Part shown: one piece after another, positions 25,662-32,139 of the stretch
Layout of the letters: the number at the start of each line of letters is the position of its first letter
How positions within the stretch are numbered: the stretch's first letter is position 1
From: a virus
Length of the DNA: 32,829 bases
Reading direction: 5' to 3' (one strand)
Virus record (IMG/VR): IMGVR_UViG_3300045988_113022
Program-made: the position numbers and the translations under genes
Notes under the pieces: generated by a model
The model's database searches: none
What the model was told of the DNA's origin: nothing
What the model saw: only the letters and a program-made list of their open reading frames with translations

Positions 25662-25965
25662 GTTGTTACCGTGTACTTGCGGCGGAAATGGTGTGACGGT
25701 TGACGCAGAGCCGCCACAACGAGAGGTAGAGCAGTGTGAAAAGTACGGCTGTGAACCTCGCCGACATTACGCCGTCCGCTGTGATAAGTGCGGCAAGCAA
25801 ACAAAGTCGTACACGTTAAAATGTCCTGCGTGGAAAGAATGGAATCGCTCAAACCGTGAAAAGTGCAAGTACAAGCTGTTTAACTGCAAGCAAAAAGCTA
25901 TGGTAATGCGGCTAAGAACGGTCGTAAGCCCGTCAAGCAAGCATAAGAAAGGAGCGCTTTTATGA
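25645..25965 (+). CDS. Lar-like restriction alleviation zinc protein
   Basis: LLPCTCGG...VRCDKCGKQT...CPAWKEWNRSN resembles the Lar family pattern (PCPFCGG ... C..CG ... A...WN+R). ATG 25645 follows GGAGAAAG. Confidence 0.55.
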   Translation: MNARDKLLPCTCGGNGVTVDAEPPQREVEQCEKYGCEPRRHYAVRCDKCGKQTKSYTLKCPAWKEWNRSNREKCKYKLFNCKQKAMVMRLRTVVSPSSKHKKGALL

Positions 25966-26414
25966 GCGATAAGATGATATGCCTTGACTGCGGAACTGTG
26001 TTTGACGCAAACGAGGTGGAAAGAGTGCAGGACTATCGTGGTGAGTGTTGGGGTCGCCCTGCATACGAGGAAGAGTTGATATGCCCACACTGCAAAAGTA
26101 GTGATATCGAAGACGCAGATGAATGCGAAATCTGCGGTAGTTGGTGTTCGACAGAAGAACTGTATGAGAACGGCGGTCTTTGCACCGCTTGCCTTGAAAC
26201 GTATAGCACCGACAAAGAATGCTTTGAAGCGTGTGAACGCAACAAAGACACGGAAAGCGTTGAGCTGAATTCTTACCTTGCGTATGTGTTCAGCGAGGAC
26301 GAAATAGAAGATATTCTGCTTGCGGAACTGGCGAAGTCGGCGAACAGCACGAACGTTGCGAAGCTCCGTGAAGAGTTCGTCAAGGAAAACAGCTTTGTGT
26401 TCAGAAAGGGGTGA
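25962..26414 (+). CDS. Cys-rich zinc-finger protein with acidic C-terminus (150 aa)
   Basis: Four CxxC pairs (CLDC, CPHC, CEIC, CTAC). RBS AAAGGAG. Confidence 0.5.
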   Translation: MSDKMICLDCGTVFDANEVERVQDYRGECWGRPAYEEELICPHCKSSDIEDADECEICGSWCSTEELYENGGLCTACLETYSTDKECFEACERNKDTESVELNSYLAYVFSEDEIEDILLAELAKSANSTNVAKLREEFVKENSFVFRKG

Positions 26415-26418
26415 TAAG

Positions 26419-26586
26419 GTGAAGGAGAACAAGTTAAACTCACGGCTTGTCTTGATAAGCGGTTTATCGGTACTTCCAGAAATAAAGCGAATGCTTGAAG
26501 AAATCGCATACCGCAAAGGCAAGACGCTTGTCGGGCTATTTCGTGAAGAGATAATTCCGATGTATCTTAAGAAAGAAAGGAAATAG
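26419..26586 (+). CDS. Possible ribbon-helix-helix-like small protein
   Basis: GTG start after AAAGGGG. The portion of track ORF 26320.. upstream of 26419 overlaps the previous gene. The fold call is weak. Confidence 0.3.
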   Translation: MKENKLNSRLVLISGLSVLPEIKRMLEEIAYRKGKTLVGLFREEIIPMYLKKERK

Positions 26587-26590
26587 GAAA

Positions 26591-27202
26591 ATGGCGGTAC
26601 TCGTTATGATTTACGGTCAGAGCGGCACAGGAAAATCAACAAGTTTGCGAAACTTTACGAACGATGAAGTGGCGGTTATCAACGTGTCAGGCAAGCCGTT
26701 GCCATTCCGAAGCAAGTTGACAACATACGACACGGATAACTACGCAAAAATATCCAGTGCGCTTGGCAAAATCGAGAGAAAGTCTATCGTGATAGATGAC
26801 GCAACGTATCTGATGGTCAACGAGTTTATGCGCACGGCAAAGGTCGCAGGGTATCAGAAGTACACGGATATGGCGGTTAATTTCAATTCGCTTGTCGCAC
26901 AGGCTTCACAGCTTGCAAATGACAAAATCGTATATTTTCTCGGACATTCCGACCTCAAGGACGATGGCACAGAGCATTTTAAAACTATCGGCAAAATGCT
27001 TGATAATTACGTCACGGTCGAGGGAAAATTTACTATCGTTCTGAAAACGGTTGTGCAAGACGGAAAATATTATTTTGCAACGCACAATAGCGGACAAGAC
27101 ACGGTAAAATCTCCGCTCGGTATGTTTGAGAGCAATTACGTTGACAACGATTTGAAAGCCGTTGATGCGATTATCCGTGAGTATTACGGGATAGGAGGCT
27201 AA
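26591..27202 (+). CDS. P-loop ATPase (AAA_24 / Sak4-like phage nucleotide-binding protein)
   Basis: Walker A YGQSGTGKST at the extreme N-terminus and Walker B-like SIVIDDATY. Size and context next to an SSB-like gene fit. Confidence 0.65.
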   Translation: MAVLVMIYGQSGTGKSTSLRNFTNDEVAVINVSGKPLPFRSKLTTYDTDNYAKISSALGKIERKSIVIDDATYLMVNEFMRTAKVAGYQKYTDMAVNFNSLVAQASQLANDKIVYFLGHSDLKDDGTEHFKTIGKMLDNYVTVEGKFTIVLKTVVQDGKYYFATHNSGQDTVKSPLGMFESNYVDNDLKAVDAIIREYYGIGG

Positions 27203-27206
27203 GGCT

Positions 27207-27452
27207 ATGGCGTTTGAGAACGGCATATCGGGATATGTAGAAGCTCACGCAACGGTGACAGTTTACTTTCCGATAGACAGCAGAGGGAACGCATTTATCG
27301 ACTGCAAACACTGCCCGTTTTTATCGAGTAATGAGCGGATTTGTCAGCTGAATAAAGAAGCGGTAGCATTCCCGACAAAATATGTAGGCGGCAGATGTCC
27401 GCTTGAACCGATTGAAATCAAAAAAACAACACAGGAGAAAAACGAAAAATGA
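27207..27452 (+). CDS. Cys-rich hypothetical protein (81 aa)
   Basis: RBS AGGAGG. Contains CKHCPF...C...C. Confidence 0.45.
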   Translation: MAFENGISGYVEAHATVTVYFPIDSRGNAFIDCKHCPFLSSNERICQLNKEAVAFPTKYVGGRCPLEPIEIKKTTQEKNEK

Positions 27453-28009
27453 AAAAGGTAAACGTTGAAGCAAAAAAGATGAGCGAGGGCGGTCAGATAC
27501 CCGTTGACGGATATGTAGTCAGCATTCTGAGCGCAAAGGTCGAGGAAACAAACTACGGTGAAAAACTTGCGATAGGCTTTGACATCGCAGAAGGCGAGTA
27601 CAAGGACTTTTACAAGCAGAAGTTTGACGGCGACACAAGCGAAAATAAGAAGTGGAAGGGCGTAATTCGCCTCAACGTCCCAGATGAAAAGAACCAGTAT
27701 TATGACACGCAGAAAAAGGTGTTCGGTAACTTCCTTGCTTGCGTTGAAGAAAGCAACGAGGGTTACCATTGGGATTGGGACGAGAAGAAGCTGAAAGGCA
27801 AGTCGCTTGGCATAGTGTTCCGTAACAAGGAGTGGGAAAAAGACGGTCACAGCGGTTGGTATTCAGAACCGTACAGCGTCAAGAGTGCGCAGGACATTCG
27901 TGACGGTAAGTTTAGGATACCTAAAGATAAGCCGTTAGCGAACAAGCAGGAAACCGCCGCTCCCGTAGTGGCACAGCCCGAAGAGATTGACGAAGATTAT
28001 CCGTTCTGA
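27449..28009 (+). CDS. DUF669-like single-stranded DNA-binding protein with SSB-type acidic tip
   Basis: DGYVVSILSAKVEETNYGEKLAIGFDIAEGEYKDFY matches the DUF669 pattern. The C-terminus EEIDEDYPF mimics the bacterial SSB tip DDDIPF. Confidence 0.65.
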   Translation: MKKVNVEAKKMSEGGQIPVDGYVVSILSAKVEETNYGEKLAIGFDIAEGEYKDFYKQKFDGDTSENKKWKGVIRLNVPDEKNQYYDTQKKVFGNFLACVEESNEGYHWDWDEKKLKGKSLGIVFRNKEWEKDGHSGWYSEPYSVKSAQDIRDGKFRIPKDKPLANKQETAAPVVAQPEEIDEDYPF

Positions 28010-28022
28010 GAAAGGAGAAACT

Positions 28023-28250
28023 ATGGCAAGATATGTCACAAACTCATCGGACAAGAGTAAAACAATAACGCTTGTACTCTGTCTGATACTCGGTCTGATA
28101 GGCGGTCACGACTTTTATCTCGGTAAAATCGGCAGTGGGCTTTTAAAGCTTTTCACTTGCAATTTGTTTGGCATAGGTTGGTTCATCGACCTTATAAAAA
28201 TAGCGACAGGCAGTTACCGTGATAATGTCGGCGCACCAATAAGAAAGTAA
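28023..28250 (+). CDS. TM2-domain membrane protein
   Basis: LGLIGGHDFYLGKIGSGLLKLFTCNLFGIGWFIDLIKI matches the TM2 pattern. RBS AAAGGAG. Confidence 0.7.
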   Translation: MARYVTNSSDKSKTITLVLCLILGLIGGHDFYLGKIGSGLLKLFTCNLFGIGWFIDLIKIATGSYRDNVGAPIRK

Positions 28251-28284
28251 AAAAAACAACACGAAGAAAAAAGGAGTAAATGGT

Positions 28285-28938
28285 ATGGCAACAGCAAAGA
28301 AAGCAGAAGTAGTAGAGATTAAGCCCGTAGAGCTTAGAAGCGTTACGTTAAAGATAGTCGGTGATACGCCGCTTATAGTACATGCTTGGTCGGAAAAGGC
28401 AAAGCGTATGATGCTCGAAGCGCAGATGGGTCTTGCAAAGGGCAAGAAAAAGGAAGTAAAAAACCCTGTCGATGACTTTATACAGTCTATGTATTGGCTG
28501 ACCGACAAGCCAAAAGAAAGCACGGAAGAAGCCTTTATGCAGGCAATAAAGGACGGAGCAAGGTTTGGTTTCCCTGCGACAGCGTTCAAGCAGTCGGCAA
28601 TTTCAGCGGCTTATCGCTTAGGCTATGTTAAGGATAAAATGGGCTTGCGAGGAGCATTCTTCATAAACGGCGATGAAAACGGAATGATTGAAATTCACTC
28701 CGATACGCCGATTATGCGTGAGGATATGGTAAAAATCGGTATGGGAACGGCTGATTTACGTTATCGTGGCGAGTTCCGCAACTGGTGGGCGGAGTTGAAT
28801 ATCAGCTACAATGCAAACGGCTCGTTCTCGCTTGAAAACATTGTCAACATAATCAACGCAGGTGGTTATGCTTGCGGCGTAGGTGAATGGCGTGTTGAAA
28901 AGGACGGTCAGAACGGTGCGTTTCACGTTGTAGGTTAA
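28285..28938 (+). CDS. Conserved-looking hypothetical protein (217 aa)
   Basis: RBS AAAGGAG. Blocks such as GDTPLIVHAW and GVGEWRVEKDGQNGAFHV look like a phage family I cannot name. Confidence 0.5.
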   Translation: MATAKKAEVVEIKPVELRSVTLKIVGDTPLIVHAWSEKAKRMMLEAQMGLAKGKKKEVKNPVDDFIQSMYWLTDKPKESTEEAFMQAIKDGARFGFPATAFKQSAISAAYRLGYVKDKMGLRGAFFINGDENGMIEIHSDTPIMREDMVKIGMGTADLRYRGEFRNWWAELNISYNANGSFSLENIVNIINAGGYACGVGEWRVEKDGQNGAFHVVG

Positions 28939-28943
28939 TTTTT

Positions 28944-29165
28944 AGGTAGTCGTGGTTCGGCAGGTATGGCAAGGCTCGTTCCGTTAAGGCTTGGCAAGGT
29001 TAGGCAGGTAAGGTGTGGTTAGGCATAGCGAGGTGCGGTCTGTTATGGCCGGCGAGGTGAGGTTAGGCAAGTCAAGGTAGGGTTCGTCCCGTTAAGGTTT
29101 GGCAGGTGCGGCAAGGCGTGTTTGGGTGAGTTCCGTTAAGGCTCGGTATGGTAAGGCAGGCTTGG
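28944..29165 (+). repeat. G/T-rich degenerate pentanucleotide (GGNNN) tract with embedded longer repeats
   Basis: GG dinucleotides recur every 4-5 nt about 35-45 times. CCGTTAAGG occurs 3 times (28981, 29089, 29133) and GGTTAGGCA 3 times (28998, 29017, 29061). Imperfect ~28-nt repeat 28972-29000 vs 29080-29108. Stops in all three forward frames before 29099. Confidence 0.8.
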
Positions 29166-29195
29166 AAAGCCAAAAATCGAAAGGAGTTATTTTTT

Positions 29196-29675
29196 ATGGT
29201 CTACGAATGGAAAGATTTAGCGTCTGTGCGAAACATCAAGGCAGACGCACAGGTAGCAGGAGAGGTTTGCGAGGAACTGGAGCGAGAGGGGCGATTAACA
29301 CCCGAAAATCTCGTTGAAGTAAGCAAAGATGAAAACGCTCCGCTACATAACGAATTTGAATGGAATGACGCTACAGCGGCGAAAAAATACCGCCGCTCAC
29401 AAGCACAGTTTATCATTCAAATGCTTGTCGTGAAATCGTCCGATGACGAGGAAGAAGAAAAGAAACCGCCTGTGAGAGCGTTTTTTGCTATCGACAGAGA
29501 ACGCAGAAGCTATGAAAGCGTTGTTTCGATACTGGAAAGCAAAGACAAAACAGCTACTCTGCGTGAGCAGGTAGTCAAAGAACTTGCTTGCTTTTACGGC
29601 AAGTATCAGGCGATTTTTGACGGCGATTTAGCTAAACTCGGCGAGGAGATACGCAATGTCATTACTCCCGATTGA
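29196..29675 (+). CDS. Hypothetical protein (159 aa)
   Basis: ATG 29196 follows AAAGGAG. The track extension to 29148 runs into the repeat tract. Motif APLHNEFEWNDATAAKKYRRSQAQ looks conserved, but I cannot name the family. Confidence 0.5.
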   Translation: MVYEWKDLASVRNIKADAQVAGEVCEELEREGRLTPENLVEVSKDENAPLHNEFEWNDATAAKKYRRSQAQFIIQMLVVKSSDDEEEEKKPPVRAFFAIDRERRSYESVVSILESKDKTATLREQVVKELACFYGKYQAIFDGDLAKLGEEIRNVITPD

Positions 29676-30174
29676 GCAAGAACAAGCGTTAGAAACGCTG
29701 ACAATTCTTGTCGATACAAGGGAACACGAAACAGCCGAAGCAGTCCGTAGGTGGTCTGCTTTCGGCAAACCCTGGCGAAAGGAGAAGCTCGACAGCGGAG
29801 ATTATTCCGCAGAGCTTCTCCTGCCGAGCGGCGAAACTTGGCGTGTGCCTTGTGTTATCGAAAGGAAAATGAATTTATCTGAAATCTGCGGTAACTTTGG
29901 CACAAACCGAGGACGGTTTATCCGAGAATTTGAGCGGATAAAAGAAAGCGGTTTGAAGTGCTATCTGCTGATAGAAAACGACAGCTGGGAAAATGCGTAT
30001 GCAGGGCGGTATAATTCGATGATGAAGCCGAAAGCCCTCATATCGAGTTTAACGGCGTGGTCGGCAAGATACAACGCTCATATCGTGTTTTGCAAAGACC
30101 GCACAACACCAAAATTGATAGCGGAGATACTATACCGAGAAGCAAAGGAGATTTTGAAAAATGGCGATTGGTGA
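29656..30174 (+). CDS. ERCC4-type nuclease (Hef/Mus81-like; candidate junction resolvase)
   Basis: ILVDTREH, SGDY and VIERKMNLSE are the ERCC4 catalytic blocks. Confidence 0.7.
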   Translation: MSLLPIEQEQALETLTILVDTREHETAEAVRRWSAFGKPWRKEKLDSGDYSAELLLPSGETWRVPCVIERKMNLSEICGNFGTNRGRFIREFERIKESGLKCYLLIENDSWENAYAGRYNSMMKPKALISSLTAWSARYNAHIVFCKDRTTPKLIAEILYREAKEILKNGDW

Positions 30175-30601
30175 TGAAAATAAATTTGACGGCGAAAAGG
30201 TAAGACTTGACCTTGTCGAGCCGAGCCTTATCGAAGCGATAGGCAAGATAAGAACATACGGCATTAAAAAGTATACCGATGAGCAGTCGTGGAGAAAAGT
30301 TGAGAAGCCGAGATATGTAGCGGCGGCTATGCGGCATTTTGAAGCATATCGTAAGGGCGAAAGCAACGATGCCGAAAGCGGTATGCCGCATTTATGGCAC
30401 TGCGCTTGTAATCTTATGTTCCTTATCGAGCTTGAAAAAGAACAGCAGGCAAAGCAGACCTTTAGCGATGGGTTCGAGCTTGATAACGAAGTGAAGTGCA
30501 AGCACTGCAAGTATCATAGTGAAAAAACACAGCATTGCATACGCAAGGCGGAAGTCACAGACGACAGCTATTCGTGCGGAATGGGAGTGTTGCGAAAATG
30601 A
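30161..30601 (+). CDS. DUF5664-like (dATP/dGTP diphosphohydrolase N-terminal-like) protein with C-terminal Cys cluster
   Basis: FDGEKVRLDLVEPSLIEAIGKIRTYGIKKY...AAAMRHFEAYRKGESNDAESGMPHLWHCACNLMFLIE matches the DUF5664 pattern. C-terminus CKHCKYH...C...C. Confidence 0.6.
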   Translation: MAIGDENKFDGEKVRLDLVEPSLIEAIGKIRTYGIKKYTDEQSWRKVEKPRYVAAAMRHFEAYRKGESNDAESGMPHLWHCACNLMFLIELEKEQQAKQTFSDGFELDNEVKCKHCKYHSEKTQHCIRKAEVTDDSYSCGMGVLRK

Positions 30602-30774
30602 GCGTATGCAGATATTGTGAAAAGCGGCATATCGGCTGTCACAGCACTTGTAAAGAGTACATCGAGGAAAGCAACAGCCGAGAAGCTGAGCGTGAAGATA
30701 GAAGAATAAGGGTTTCGTTACGAGAGTATTCTCGGGAAACGCATCGGCGATTAACAAAGAAGGGTAAAGTCTGA
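30598..30774 (+). CDS. Small Cys/His-rich protein (58 aa)
   Basis: MSVCRYCEKRHIGCHSTCKEY. The ATG overlaps the upstream stop. Confidence 0.4.
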   Translation: MSVCRYCEKRHIGCHSTCKEYIEESNSREAEREDRRIRVSLREYSRETHRRLTKKGKV

Positions 30775-30775
30775 T

Positions 30776-31381
30776 ATGGGAACGGTATTTAAAGACCGTG
30801 TTGCAAAAGGTTTATGCGGTTACTGCGGAAAGGAAAACGATAATCTGCCGCTAACATACTGCAAGGCTTGCTCCGAAAAGCGAAGCCAACAATACAAAGA
30901 ACGCAAAGAATATTACGAGCGACATGGTTGGTGCAACGTTTGCGGAAATCCCGAAAAAATGGAAAACGGGAAAATGTGCTATCATTGTTGGGAAGTCGCT
31001 TATAACGCTCGGCAGAAGCGCAAAAAGCCTATGACGGACGAGCAACGGCAGAAAGTATATAAGCGAAACACTGAAAAAAGGAGAAAACAGCTTGAAAACG
31101 GTTTTTGTTGGTATTGCGGAAAAAGAAAAGTCCTTGATGGCAGGAGAGAGTGTATCGACTGCTATACGAAAAGAAAACGCATAGCGGAGCTGGTTCACGC
31201 AGAAATGGAAGCCCAAAATGCGGCAATTCGGGAGGAACGGCTGAAAAATCATTTATGCACGAAATGCGGTGAACCTGCAAAGGACGGTTACAAAGTCTGT
31301 GAGCGGCATTATCAGATAAGCATAAAAAATCAAAAAAGAGCTAAAGAAGCAGTAAGAAAAATGCTTGACAAATGGGATTAA
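30776..31381 (+). CDS. Protein with four tandem zinc-ribbon + basic-helix repeats
   Basis: Four units of C-x2-CG-x(8-11)-C-x2-C, each followed by a Lys/Arg-rich helix (CGYCG..YCKAC, CNVCG..CYHC, CWYCG..CIDC, CTKCG..VCERH). Confidence 0.55.
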   Translation: MGTVFKDRVAKGLCGYCGKENDNLPLTYCKACSEKRSQQYKERKEYYERHGWCNVCGNPEKMENGKMCYHCWEVAYNARQKRKKPMTDEQRQKVYKRNTEKRRKQLENGFCWYCGKRKVLDGRRECIDCYTKRKRIAELVHAEMEAQNAAIREERLKNHLCTKCGEPAKDGYKVCERHYQISIKNQKRAKEAVRKMLDKWD

Positions 31382-31393
31382 ATGCGCTATAAT
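31365..31393 (+). promoter_or_regulatory. SigA-type promoter (TTGACA-17-TATAAT)
   Basis: TTGACA 31365-31370, 17-nt spacer, TATAAT 31388-31393. Overlaps the 3' end of the upstream gene. Confidence 0.55.
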
Positions 31394-31432
31394 TAAAGTA
31401 TAACGAGTAATGCAATGGGTTTCATATTTTTT

Positions 31433-31503
31433 ACTCCTTTCTTATTTGTTTCACGGCGTTGTTAAGAGTGGTGGCTTGATAACGGCGACAACTTAATAAC
31501 GCC
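31433..31503 (+). promoter_or_regulatory. Structured leader: anti-SD-like CTCCTTT tract plus a 12-bp hairpin
   Basis: ACTCCTTT (31433-31440) is complementary to the downstream RBS AAAGGAGG. GGCGTTGTTAAG (31455-31466) pairs with CTTAATAACGCC (31492-31503). Loop GTGGTGG (31468-31474) is complementary to the terminator loop. Confidence 0.45.
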
Positions 31504-31510
31504 CGAAAAG

Positions 31511-31548
31511 CCGCTTACTGTCCCACCACGACAGCAGGCGGTTTTTTT
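31511..31548 (+). terminator. Rho-independent terminator / attenuator upstream of the primase genes
   Basis: Stem CCGCTTACTGTC/GACAGCAGGCGG (one mismatch, one G-U pair), loop CCACCAC, T7 run. It lies between the promoter and the RBS. Confidence 0.55.
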
Positions 31549-31572
31549 GCACCGAAAAAGGAGGAATGCGGT

Positions 31573-32139
31573 GTGATTTATGAGTACATAGCAGAAGAAA
31601 TCAAAGCACGAGTAAAAATCGGCGATGTGCTTTTTATGTATGGTTTTTCGGCAAATCCGAACAGCAAAAAACGCATACCTTGTCCGTTGCATAACGGCAA
31701 AGACAACAATTTCAGTTTTACTGACAAAATATATCATTGTTGGGTTTGCGGAGAACACGGAGATGTGATAAACCTTGTTCGCAAATTGTTTGGCTTATCT
31801 TTCGCCGAAGCTTGCGTAAAGATTAACCTTGATTTCGGGCTTGGCTTACCGTGTGGAGAAAAAATGTCATTGCGTGATAAATACAGGCTTGACAAAAAAG
31901 CAAAAGAACGCAAGGCAATAGCTCTTGCAGAAAAAGCTGAAACAGAACGCATTGACAACGAATTTTGGGATGCCTTGCACGAGTGGAGCAGACTTGACAG
32001 ACATCTTCGTGAACATAAACCAAAAACGCCAGATGAGCCATTGCATCCGTTGTTTGTAGAAGCATTGCAGAAAATCGGCTATGCTGAGTATAGGCTTGAC
32101 ATAGCAGAAACGAGGAAAAATAAAAATGATGGACGATAA
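31573..32139 (+). CDS. DnaG-type CHC2 zinc-finger protein (primase zinc-binding domain only)
   Basis: CPLHNGKDNNFSF...YHCWVCGEHGDVINLV is the zf-CHC2 signature. GTG start 10 nt after AAGGAGG. No TOPRIM domain recognised. Confidence 0.75.
   Translation: MIYEYIAEEIKARVKIGDVLFMYGFSANPNSKKRIPCPLHNGKDNNFSFTDKIYHCWVCGEHGDVINLVRKLFGLSFAEACVKINLDFGLGLPCGEKMSLRDKYRLDKKAKERKAIALAEKAETERIDNEFWDALHEWSRLDRHLREHKPKTPDEPLHPLFVEALQKIGYAEYRLDIAETRKNKNDGR

Noticed and set aside
25767-26522. Long minus-strand ORFs, including this 251-aa one and 31867..32562, 6263..6877, 19113..19742, 5545..6099 and 12242..12733
   Set aside because: All lie antisense to + strand genes that have clear motifs or RBSs. They lack RBSs and have odd Cys/Ser/Phe-rich compositions typical of shadow ORFs.
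29099-29317. Track ORF (72 aa), and the 29148-29195 extension of the next ORF, lying in the G-rich repeat tract
   Set aside because: The Gly/Arg-rich translation is a by-product of the GGNNN repeat. There is no RBS, and a strong AAAGGAG-N7-ATG start at 29196 explains the downstream gene.
31393-31425. Minus-strand mini-ORF (MKPIALLVIL) with an AAAGGAG RBS in the primase leader
   Set aside because: It is only 10 codons and is the sole minus-strand candidate in the genome. The apparent RBS is better explained as the complement of a + strand anti-SD tract.
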